Part shown: positions 13,401-25,340 of the stretch, one piece after another
Layout of the letters: every line of letters begins with the position of its first letter
How positions within the stretch are numbered: the first letter of the stretch is position 1
Origin: Fimbriosthenelais zetlandica
Lineage: Eukaryota
DNA: 64,000 bases
Assembly: GCA_977030845.1 (NCBI GenBank)
Contig: OZ365110.1
Span: forward strand, 26,846,001 to 26,910,000
Direction: 5' to 3'
The notes under the pieces: generated by a model
Database searches by the model: none
The model's input: the letters and a program-made list of their open reading frames with translations, nothing else
Told to the model about the DNA's origin: nothing
Translations under genes and position numbers: made by a program

Positions 13401-14816
13401 TAGTACGTCATCCATATTAGACGCATGGCATCTTATTGTTCCATGATGATTTTTATTGTTCACAGATTTTTCACTTAATATCAAAGTATACTAATGTAGG
13501 CCTACTTAATTTAGGACTAATTCGTTTGAAAAGTGTCCATACGTTCATTGTCGGGGCTGAAAAACTAGTAGACCTCAGTTGAAAAAGCCACAGAACAACA
13601 ATTGAATAAATTCCCTATTCCCGCACTTGAAAGGAGGAATGTACAAGCAGCTGTTTAAAACGATTGCACTCTTCGCCCCGGGCAGTGTAGAGGAATGCGC
13701 ATTTCTTCAGAGACCTTTTACTCTACATCAGCGATCGACAGCTGAATTATCTGTCAGTCATTTTTGTCACAATTTTGTGTCCAAACAGAAAAGGTGCATC
13801 CTGTCTCAGTCTTTTCGTTATACATATAATCATGTCAAAATTGATATGATTAAACTTGAGGCATGGAGTTGTAACTGAGGTAGATTCAGATATCCAATCT
13901 GCACTTAGATTACTTAGCACTTTACATACAGGGTCACTCAAATGTACAGTTTCTCAATCCAGGCTAATAGATTCAGTGGCGATGCCATGCATTTACATTA
14001 ACACGCACGATATCACCTGCAAGTAAAGGGTCAAATCTTTGAAATGCCCTGAGTAATGTTTCCCAATGGGGATATAATGTATTATAACACAAAGTTTGGT
14101 AGGATCTTTTACCTCCATTATCTCCTAAAATTACGAAACTGTTTTTGTGATGTTTTGAATCACATCCTCGGCTCTAATTTAAACCTTCCACTCAAACCTT
14201 TATCACCCCTGATTCTAAGAGACCAGGATGTGTGAACGAGTGGTCCACTTGACTCGGATCTGTTTTTTAACTATAAACTTCCTTCACATAAAACGAATAC
14301 CAGTAGTTTCATTGTGGTCTATGGTCCTTTCCTGCTACTGGATCAGACCTAGGAGGTTAATCCCATGTTGATAGTGTTGCGTGTGCTATACTCTCCATCA
14401 TACTCCTATCTGTAGTGACCTGAGTGCTGGAGGGAGACAGGCTGGAGGGCTGGTAGGACCTGGAAGAAGGGGAGAGATCTCCAGGGCAGGATACCTCAGT
14501 AGCAGGCCTCCATCTGACACCCTGGAGGAATGATATACATCTCCATCAACAAAGCCTCGTCCCATACTGGCTATCTGACTAATACATACATGTATGTGTG
14601 TGTTGAATATACAACGTGATTTACTATTGACCTCACTGCCTGTCATTACATTCAACAATGATCGAGGTTGATTAAATTAGCTGTTTAAACTAATGTCGGT
14701 CTGTCTGTATCATTTCTTATTTTGGAAGTGAAATGAATTTAATAAGTAAAGGTACTCTATGCGTATTGAATGGTTTAAATTTAGAGCATCATTGGAACTT
14801 CATTAGTGCTTTTTTC

Positions 14817-14910
14817 ATGACGAGTTTATAAGACAGAGTCTAAAAGTTTTGTATGTATGACGAGTTTATAAGACAGAGTTTAAAAGTTTTGTATGTATGT
14901 ATGTATGTAC
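14817..14910 (+). repeat. 40-bp tandem duplication running into a (TATG)n microsatellite
   Basis: 14817-14856 vs 14857-14896 differ at one base, followed by ATGT repeats. Confidence 0.9.
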
Positions 14911-16420
14911 ATAGAAGAGGAAATGTCTCATTGGTTCGTCGCCTGTCGCGGTCAAGTCATGCAATACTTTTTCTGGGGCCATGTTGAATTCAATTGTTGG
15001 GAATGCCTTGCAAGCTTGGAATAGTTCAGTGTTTTGCTTTCATTCTCTGAGCCCTCAGAAGAGCTAAACAAAGAAGAAGATTAGGAGTTCTCTGGTTGTC
15101 CAGTCCCTTTGGCATTGATCTATTTCTAATACACATGGGTATACAGATCACTGGGCAGCCGTGACATCCACACTGTGCCCATCCCATTTAGGAGAGTTCT
15201 AATCGATCTTAATACCCTAATCTGCCAGGACCTCACGTCCACCTACTCTACTTGTACCCGTCTCTTATCAGTCCTCGACCTATACAACAAGGCAGCCATT
15301 GTTTCCCCACCCCCTCCTATCATTGAGTCTGGTTTTGCTTAGAGAGAAACAAGTAACTGGACACAGTAACATCTAGTAGACTACCATAACTCAGTCTCTT
15401 GTTTGGAGGCCAGAATATCATAATCAAACAAATAGAACCCAGTGGCAGGGTATTCCAAGCATGAAGTCTCCCTGATAAAAGTCATAGAATCATTAGTCAC
15501 TAATATTATTAGGAACTTGAAATATCCTTGATATTTTAGTGATAATATTACGGAAACATTGCATACATGTTTGAAATATTTATTTTCAATCAAAACGGCT
15601 AATATTAAGTTTGGATGAAATTGGTCCAAAATATATCTCATTTCAATAAAGGACCAATAGCAGAGAAATCCATCACTGGATATTCATACAAACACATATC
15701 AATGGGGGCTGTAAATTGCATATAAACCCATTGTGGGGAAAAAGAAAGCCTGATAGTGTTACATCACCCACCCCTGTATACCATGTTTTCCACTTTTCGT
15801 GCTAAAAGGATGACCCAATTGACTTGTTAGGATTTATTCTGACTTCATGTTATGGGTGCACCCTTTCCCCCTCATTAGCTCCTATTGCATGAGGACTCCA
15901 GTCCAGGCCATGTAATTGCGGTAAAGTACCGTGATAGTAACCGATTTATAGCACGAGTGTAGAGCACTCTCTCCTGATTCCCAAATCACGACCTCCCTCT
16001 CTTCCTCTCCCACTTCCCACTTCCCAACTGGCATGACTTATTGATTTCTCTTATTTTTCCCCATTCCGGTTTACAACAGATCGTTCGTATTCGCCTGGAA
16101 TCAAGGTGATATGCTACAAACTGGATCAACTCAGTGCAGTTAGGACAATTGAAAAACCTATCAATCACTTGAACAGTCGCCTCTTTTTCGGCCTATTCTG
16201 CTCTGCCTTGCAGTTTGCACTGATATTCATGCTGCAGCTTTTTGAGAGATCATCCCCAAAACTATGCACTATATAAGTTTAAAAGGATATCATTGGAAAT
16301 ATATTTTATCCGTAGTAAGCTCATTTTCTTCTATTTTGGGATGATTTGTTTACTAGAATTGGCGAATTCCTCTAGATAATCAATTTAATTTATCACTAAA
16401 TTGATTTTCATTTTCAACAG

Positions 16421-16480
16421 GCCCAGAACTTCCAATATTGTCCTGTATGTTTTTTTTTATGATAATCATGATCCTACAAG
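16421..16480 (+). CDS. Candidate cassette or ATG-containing exon (GPELPILSCMFFFMIIMILQ)
   Basis: Acceptor ttgattttcattttcaacag|, donor AAG|gtaaag; 60 nt, phase 1-1, open. An internal donor (CCT|gtatgt, 16445) would give a 24-nt in-frame version. Confidence 0.35.
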
Positions 16481-18910
16481 GTAAAGTTTGGTTTTTATCT
16501 CATTCATTACATCACAGACTAAATAGGGTCAATCTCCGGGCTCTCAAGTCAAAATGAATATCAGACAATGCCCGATGATCCTTACCATATGGTCCACCCC
16601 TCCCACCTCGGTCAGGCTCCATTCCTTTAGGTACATTCCATAGACACAAAAGATCCACTTTGTTGTGTCTTCCTATATAACGTAGACTGAACTAACCTTA
16701 AATGGCCCCATTTAACTCGTGCTATTTCAACTTGAAAGTCTGACCTGACTTTTTCTAAAAACAAATTGACGGTTTTTCCTCAAGTAATGAAAAAGGTCAG
16801 AGTTGAGTAGATGCCAATTCCGTCTGGCTTCACTTGAGTAGAGTAGCAAACTAGGTCTTCTCTAACCTTAAAACCGACTAACAGATGTTGGGTTTCATAT
16901 TAATTTAGAATACGCTTAAATCCAGACTTTGATCACAGAAAGAATACTATTTTTCCGGAATTTGTAGTTTCCTGGAAACATGGATGGTTTGATAAAAAAA
17001 AAAATTCATATGGTGAATTCATCTGTCTGGATTAATTTGGATCGATTTAAAAAACCCAACATATTTTGGTGAGTCCATCTGTCTGGGACTTCCAAGATGG
17101 ATTGTGAAGCCTATCTCAAACATTGGTCATAAACCATGAGACCTATTCAGGTACATATTATAACTATTTAGAAAATCGATATTTTACTTAAATCGCGAGG
17201 ATTCATTGTCATGACAGAGTGCCTCTGCCTGATTTGCTTGATTGATGATATAGATGTGCTCTGATCATTGATGATATTATGAGACTTTATGTGAAGATTA
17301 AGGCTCTCATTGTATGTCATGATCATTAATCAGGCCAGGATTGTCTCGCCTGATGGATATGGATAGTGGCAGACATTGTTGGTTTAGTCTTGTCATACTT
17401 TGTGAAGAATCACTCCATTGTTTGCCATTACTCCTCTTGTTCTTCCCACATTGTATTTGTGCTATAGATGGAACATGTCTCTTTTTACTACTCTAATATA
17501 ATCCGAGTTCCCTTTATAAGGAATACTATGGGAACTATTGTGTGCTACCTATATAATAGGGTATTTCTAGGTTACACGGATTTCGTAAGATATTTTTTAG
17601 AAACATTTTTTAATGGAAGGAAATAGAAAAGGCTTATATATTTCACTGCATTTCCAGTTCTAGAAATGAAAATTAATGGTCAAAGCATGTATCCCATCGC
17701 ATAAATGATAAACTATAAAAAAAATAGTCAAAGTTGAATCCTATTGTAATCCCAAAGAAAATCGAGAATATCCCACCACATATTTAGTTCTAAAATGAAG
17801 CATTCCAAGCTTACTTACAGTTGCAGACATTCATCTTGATATACAATGAATTGTTAAGCCTATCATTTAGCCTGGCTGTCCAGGGACCTGTAGCCCCACC
17901 CTCATCACCCAGTCCATCCCCCATTATACAGTCTACTCTGATAAAGCTAAACAGCATGGATATTGGCATGTTAATGCTTCACCTTCACTGCATCAGGATC
18001 ACGTCTGGAATCAGCAGCATGAGGGCATTTCATGGCTATGGCCTAAAACTGGTGAACCCAGTGCAAATAATATTCATGAATAAGTGTGTGGAGATAGAAC
18101 ATTTAGAAAGTATCCCCTTTCCCCAATTGCATTTCAGGTCGTTTTTTATGTCAACCTGAAATAAAGAGGGACATTATGCCACGGTTAAATGAATATGAAT
18201 ATATCCAGGGCCCTCGGATACTCCAGAAATTAAAATATGGTTTCAAAACTGTGGAAGAAAAACTTAAACCTAACAAGGTAATAAAGATTAGTATTCCCTC
18301 TTTTGCTTTGTACAAAAAAATGGTGTTTGGTGTATGGTCTAGTGTTCGAGTTATACATGCCCACTTCTGAAAGAACTGAGAGATCTTAGAGCACATAAAG
18401 CATTCCCCTTATCCTGGTTAACAACCTGAGAGGTCTGTATTTGTGGACCTTGTGCCATACTTGCAGCACGGCTACTTTCCCCCAGTTTCTCACCCTGTTT
18501 ATGGTTACTGTCACCGTTCTTGTGACCTGGGAGTACGTGAGGCAGACACCCCAGCTGCCGTCTCAGGTGTTACCCCCCCCCCCCCCCCCCCCTCCTTTTA
18601 TACAGGCCTCTCTGATATATGCCTCTTATTACCTAGGGGGCCAAGGCGAAAAAAGTCAAAATGTCTGCTGTAAAAGGTTGTTGGGTGGGAATGTGTTCTA
18701 TACAGGTCTAGCAATAAAATGTATATGGACAACCTTGTCATCTCGCTACTGGACCCTCGCAACAGGCTGTTTCCATGGCAACAATACATTTTTTTAAGGA
18801 ATTATGAAAAAAGGATGTTTTGGGCCATTACTTGATCAGAAATTGTCATAGAAAGCTAAAATTTGGTATGTTGGTGTATTATGCCAAGTTGCATTTTGGG
18901 ATGGAATTTA

Positions 18911-20320
18911 GTTGACCTTTGCCAAGGTCAAGGTCATTTGAAGTGACCTTGAACCTCTAAATTTGAGCATAAAACCATATAGGACCTTATTCCAACATCA
19001 TCCATTGCCTCATTATTGTATAGAATAGGTAAAAGTTGGTGTATTCATGTGTAGTGATATAAGAGCTTTGGATGGTGAGGTATTATGCGATAGTTTGACT
19101 GGTTGTTACCATGGTAACCAACACTTTATTTAAAAAATCCTTTTTAACAGACTGACCCCAGTGAAACATTTTTCACTCGAGTTTTAGGAGTTTAAATATA
19201 GATAGAGACTTTATATTTGGTAGGTTGATGTATCATGCCGAGATGCATTCTGGGATATAATTTGGTTGACCTTTGCCAAGGTCAAGGTCATTTGACGTGA
19301 CCTTGAAACCCTAAATTTGAGCATGAAACCACATCAGACCTTATTCCAATACCATCCATTGCCTCATTATTGTATAGAATAGTTAAAGTTGGCGTATTCC
19401 TGTGTAGTAATATAGAAACTTTGGTTGGCAAGGTATTATGCGGTAGTTTGACTGGTTGTTACCATGGTAACCAGCATTTTATGAAAAAAAAATCAGGCTG
19501 ACCCTGGTGAAACATTTATTTTCTGAGTTTTAGGAGTTTAAATAGAGATAGAGACTTTATGTTTGGTAGGTTGATGTATCATGCCGAGATGCATTCTGGG
19601 ACATAATTTGGTTGACCTTTGCCAAGGTCAAGGTCATTTGACGTGACCTTGAAACCCTCAATTTGAGCAAGAAACCATTTAAGATCTTATTCCAATACCA
19701 TCCATTGCCGTATTGTTGTATATAATAGTTAAAAGTTGGTGTATTCCTGTGTAGTAATATAGAAGAATTGGTTGGCAAGGTATCATTTGGTAGTTTGAAT
19801 GGTTGTTGCTATGGTAACCGGCACTGTATGAAAAAAATCATTTTTACCAGACTGACCCCAGTGAAACATTTTTTTCCGGAGTTTTAGGAGTTTAAATAGA
19901 GATAGAGACTTTATATTTGGTAGGTTGATGTATCATGACGAGATGCATTTTGGGATATAATTTGGTTGACCTTTGCCAAGGTCAAGGTCAGTTGACGTGA
20001 CCTTGAACCTCTAAATTTGAGCATAAAACCATATAGGACCTTATTCCAATACCATCCATTGCCTCATTATTGTATAGAATAGTTAAAAGTTGGTGTATTC
20101 ATGTGTAGTAATATAGGAGCTTTGGATGGTGAGGTATTATTTGGTAGTTTGACTGGTTGTTACCATGGTAACCAACACTTTATTAAAAAAATCCTTTTAA
20201 ACAGACCAACCCTGGTGAAACATGTTTCACTCGAGTTTAAATATAGATAGAGACTTTATATTTGGTAGGTTGATGTATCATGCCGAGATGCATTCTGGGA
20301 TTTGGTTGACCTTTGCCAAG
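18911..20320 (+). repeat. Left-arm tandem array: four ~350-bp units plus a stub
   Basis: Marker GTTGACCTTTGCCAAG at 18911, 19265, 19611, 19965, 20305 (spacing 354, 346, 354, 340). Confidence 0.95.
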
Positions 20321-20374
20321 TTTTTGGAAGAACCACATATGGGTCTTGAGGGTGTCAAATTGGTTGCTTGGGAG

Positions 20375-22415
20375 ATATGATCTTCCTGGTCAAGATATGT
20401 CGACCCTCCTCAATATTTGGCCCTTGCCGCTCAAGATATATGTACATTTCTGTCCAAAACATGGCCCTTCCTGCCCAGTATATGACCCTTCCCACTTAAG
20501 ATTTGGGCCTTTCAGTCCTATACCTAACCTTTCCAGCTCAACATATAGTCCTTCCACCTCAATATCTGGCCTTCCTGACCAAGATATGTCCCTTATTCCT
20601 GTCCTATACCTGACCTTTCCAGCTCAAGATCTGGCCTTCCAGCTTAATATCTGGGCCTTCCTGACCAAGATGTGGCCCTTCCCCCTCAATATCTGGCCCT
20701 TCCTGACCATTCCAGTTCAGGATAGGGACCTTCCTGTGCAAGAGCTGGCCCTTGTAACTCAACATCTGGACCTTCCATCATAATATCTGGCCCATCCTGC
20801 CTAAGACATGGCCCTTCCACCTCAATATCTCGTCATTCCAGCTCAAGATAGGGCCCTTCCATCATAATATCTGGCCTTTCCCACCCAAGACCTGGACCTT
20901 CCTCCTTAATATCTGGTCGTTCCAGCTCAATATATGACCCTTCCAGTTCAAGATATAGCCCTTCGAACTCAGGTCAACATCTGGACCTTCCCTCATAATA
21001 TCTTTCTGCCTAAGACATGGCCCTTGCACCAGAATATCTGGTTCATCCAACTCAAGATATACCCTGAGAGTTCAGGATAGGCCCTTCATGTCCAAGATCT
21101 GGCCCTTACTGCCTCAGATATGGTCCTTCCAGCTCTCACGATATGACCCTTCCAGCTTACGATATGTCCCCTCCTGCCAAAGATATGGCCCTTCCAGCAC
21201 AAGATATGGCCCTTCAAGCTCAACATCTCGCTCTTCCATCATAATATATGGTCCTTTCAAATCACATCTGGCCCTTCCATCATATCTGGCCCTTCCTGCC
21301 AAGATATGACCCTTCCAGCTCAGATTAGGGCCCTTACTGCTCAAAATATGGCTCTTACTGTTCAGGATGGACCAGATATTGAGCGCAAGGGGCAGATCTT
21401 GGGCAAGAAGGATATGTCATTGAGCTGAAAGGATATGTCATGGGCAAGAAAGGAGATGGGGTGTCCTATATATGTCAAATTATGTAATTCCGGAATAGGA
21501 ATATTTAAGTAAAGAAATAGGATGAGATCACTTCCAACAGTTTCAATAATTGAGGATAGGCATGTATATTTTACACCATATTACTCATTATACTGTAGAT
21601 AAGGCTTAATGAGATTAAGTAAGTCCTAAACACTTTAGTCAAATATAATTTTAACCGTTTCAAAGGATTTGTCATCGTCAAATGGACCCAAATTGCAGTC
21701 AAAATCTTTAGAGGGATACATGTATACGAAAAAGTGCAAATTTATATGGCCCTTCTGCCAAAGATTTGCCCCTTCCAACTCATCACCTGGCCCATCCGAT
21801 CCAAGCTCTGACCCTTTCAGATCAAGATACAACCCTTACTGCCCAAGATCTGGCCCTCCCAGCTCAATAACTGTCCCCTCCTGTCAAATATGTGATCTGG
21901 TTAGCTCAAGATATTAGCCTTCCAGCTCATGATAAGGCCATCTGCCCCATACAGCTTACAATCTGGCCCTGTCTGCCAAATATGACCCAGGTCAAAATCT
22001 GCTCTTTTCAGCTTAACATGTGGCCTTTCCAGTTTAAAATAAGGTCCTTCTTGTCCAAGATTTGCACATTCCAACCCTTCTAGTCCAATATTGGACATTT
22101 CCAGCTCAACATTTTCAGTCAAAAATATGGCCCTTGGAGCTCAAGATAAGGCCCTTATTGCTCACCATCTGGTCCTTCCTATGCAATACCTGGCCCTGCT
22201 CGCCTAGTACCCTTCGCCCAGTACCCTTTGACTCTTCCTGTCAGAGATCTGACCGTTCCAGCTCAGGAACTGGCCCTTCCTGTCAAGGATATGTGCCCTC
22301 CGGCTCAAAATATGACCATCCTGGCCATTCCAGCTTAATATCTAGCCCTTCATGTCCAATACATGACCCTTGTAGTTCAAGATCTGGCCCTTCCAGCTCA
22401 AGATCTATCCCATAA
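20375..22415. repeat. Degenerate 21-bp minisatellite (consensus about GCTCAAGATATGGCCCTTCCA) in two blocks with an inverted patch and an AT-rich spacer
   Basis: Forward units about 20375-21369 and 21745-22415. About four reverse-orientation units at 21370-21447. Unique AT-rich DNA about 21460-21740. Confidence 0.9.
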
Positions 22416-22544
22416 TACAATGTACCTGGCATTCCAAAAGTGGTGTACACAGACATACATTTTTTTTTAATTATATTTAATAATTAGACAATGGGTCAGA
22501 TTGAAAAAGGGATTTTGTGATATTTTATGTTGAAATTTATGGGT

Positions 22545-23899
22545 TCATGATCACCACATATCATATGACAAAATATAAAGTCACTATCTACAATTATTGT
22601 GACTCCTTAAACTCAAAAATTGATATAAACTGAGAGTTACCATGGCAACAACCACTCAAACCACCAAATAATACCTCGTCAATCAAAGCTTCTATATTAC
22701 TACACATGAATAGACCAACTTTTACCTATTCTATACAATAATGAGGCAATGGATGGTATTGGAATAAGGTCCTATATGGTTTTATGCTCAAATTTAGAGG
22801 TTCAAGGTCACGTCAAATGAACTTGACCTTGGCAAAGGTCCACCAAATTATATTCCAAAATGCATCTCGTCATGATACATCAACCTACCAAATATAAAGT
22901 CTCTATCTCTATTTAAACTCCTAAAACTCCGGAAAAAAATGTTTCACCGCGGTCAGTCTGGTAAAAATGATTTTTTTTCATAAAGTGCCGGTTACCATAG
23001 CAACAACCATTCAAACTACCAAATGATACCTTGCCAACCAATTCTTCTATATTACTACACATGAATACACCAACTTTTAACTATTCTATACAATAATGCG
23101 GCAATGGATGGTATTGGAATAAGATCTTAAACGGTTTCTTGCTCAAATTTAGGGTTTCAAGGTCACGTCAAATGACCTTGACCTTGGCAAAGGTCAACCA
23201 AATTATGTCCCAGAATGCATCTCGGCATGATACATCAACCTACCAAATATAAAGTCTCTATCTCTATTTAAACTCCTAAAACTCAGAAAATAAATGTTTC
23301 ACCAGGGTCAGCCTGATTTTTTTTTCCATAAAATGCTGGTTACCATGGTAACAACCAGTCAAACTATCGCATAATACCTTGCCAACCAAAGTTTCTATAT
23401 TACTACACATGAATACGCCAACTTTAACTATTCTATACAATAATGAGGCAATGGATGGTATTGGAATAAGGTCTGATGTGGTTTCTTGCTCAAATTTAGA
23501 GGTTCAAGGTCACGTCAACTGACCTTGACCTTGGCAAAGGTCAACCAAATTATATCCCAGAATGCATCTCGGCATGATACATCAACCTACCAAATATAAA
23601 GTCTCTATCTATATTTAAACTCCTAAAACTCGAGTGAAACATGTTTCACTGGGGTCAGTCTGTTAAAAAGGATTTTTTAAATAAAGTGTTGGTTACCATG
23701 GTAACAACCAGTCAAACTATCGCATAATACCTCACCATCCAAAGCTCTTATATCACTACACATGAATACACCAACTTTTACCTATTCTATACAATAATGA
23801 GGCAATGGATGGTGTTGGAATAAGGTCCTATATGGTTTTATGCTCAAATTTAGAGGTTCAAGGTCACTTCAAATGACCTTGACCTTGGCAAAGGTCAAC
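22545..23899 (-). repeat. Right-arm tandem array: four inverted ~350-bp units, innermost diverged
   Basis: Marker ends at 22843, 23198, 23545, 23899 (spacing 355, 347, 354), mirroring the left arm. Confidence 0.93.
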
Positions 23900-25333
23900 T
23901 AAATTCCATCCCAATATGCAACTTGGCATAATACACCAACATACCAAATTTTAGCTTTCTATGACAATTTCTGATCAAGTAATGGCCCAAAACATCCTTT
24001 TTTCATAATTCCTTAAAAAAATGCATTGTTGCCATGGAAACGGCCTGTTGCGAGGGTCCAGTAGCGAGATGACAAGGTTGTCCATATACATTTTATTGCT
24101 AGACCTGTATAGAACACATTCCCACCCAACAACCTTTTACAGCAGACATTTTCACTTTTTGCCCAAAATTGGCCTTTGGCCCCCTAGGTATATGGGCATG
24201 TTAATCTCATACAGGTCTCATACCGTGAAACCCTGTGGTATCCGCTCCTCCCAAATTTTAATTTTTCAGGTTTTCTGGTTCTCCTGATTGATTTCTTGAA
24301 CCATCAAAGTCCCTCAAATATTATTTCGGTGCCTACTGCCAAAATATTTTATTTTTATCCAGAATATCGATTAGGTGTTTGTACTTCTAAATTAGAAGCT
24401 GCTGTGCCCTTGGAAGACTTCTATACATTATTTACACCTCTCTTCCAGGTGAAGGGTCTTGTATTTTCTAGCCAGCCATAACAATGTCGAAGTATTTCCT
24501 TTGTACAGCTCAATTTTACATGTTTCTGTATCTCAGATCTTGGGGTTAGGGAGTAGGGGACACCTTTATATGTTTTTGGCTATCTGTAGAACTGATCTTT
24601 CAATCTTTCATCCCCGGTTTTATCTGACCATTTGAGTGAACTGAGTTGAGGAACCTCCCTGTCCGCCCACATAACCTTATTAGTGAAAATTAATAATAGG
24701 ACCAACTCCCCGACTGTTCTATGATTAGCTTAATCGATGTTACCCCAGCCCTGATTAACCAACCATTTTATCTGTCATACGAAACATATTTGTCGGATGA
24801 CTATTATGATTTCCTTCTGCCTCAAATGATGCTGGTAGATTTATTTCAGCTAATCTGTACTATATTGTAGTTCTACAAGGCATTATTATTGGTGATAACA
24901 GATCTTATTCTGTGTGTTGAAGTGAAGAATATTGTCACGCTAGATTGTCACGTTGACACCTAAATTGCTTGAGGTGTTCTGCATCAAAACCCAGGAGCGT
25001 TGTGTATAGAGGAAACATGCTATAGATTCGGCATTCCGATTACTATTTTGAAAAAATCAGATTGAGGGGATTTTCAGGGGGCTGAACCACTTTATAAAAT
25101 TTTAATTTCTCATGATTGCAAATGAGTTTGAATTCTCAATTTTAAATATTTCATGTACAAATGGTTAAATTGCCTCTCCATCTCAGTCTAAAATGGTGCT
25201 GTTTCTGCCTTATACTTTACAGTAAAAAATTCATTTGTTGGAAGTTATAATGAATTGAGTTTAGTGTCTGGGAGTGTTTCGCCTACCTGCAGTATCCATT
25301 GTGATCTTTGAGAGATTGAGTTTTCTCATTATA

Positions 25334-25340
25334 ATGAAAG
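25334..25340 (+). CDS. Candidate minimal first coding segment ATG AAA G (Met-Lys)
   Basis: tataATGAAAG|gtgagg: strong donor in phase 1, 2.2 kb before exon 27502. Too short to exclude chance. Confidence 0.25.

Larger units (their letters stand above)
18632..24188. mobile_element. Foldback-type element, 5557 bp, non-coding
   Basis: Termini TA|CCTAGGGGGCCAA ... TTGGCCCCCTAGG|TA. Left arm 18632-20320 and right arm about 22545-24188 are reverse complements along their length. No transposase ORF seen. Confidence 0.92.

Noticed and set aside
20313-22415. ORFs of 62-156 aa on both strands in the foldback core
   Set aside because: By-products of the 21-bp repeat. They are open in several frames and on both strands, with no domain or splice structure.
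18441-24287. ORFs 18598-18789 (-) and 24021-24287 (+) with near-identical peptides
   Set aside because: They are simply the two inverted arms read in mirror, not duplicated genes.
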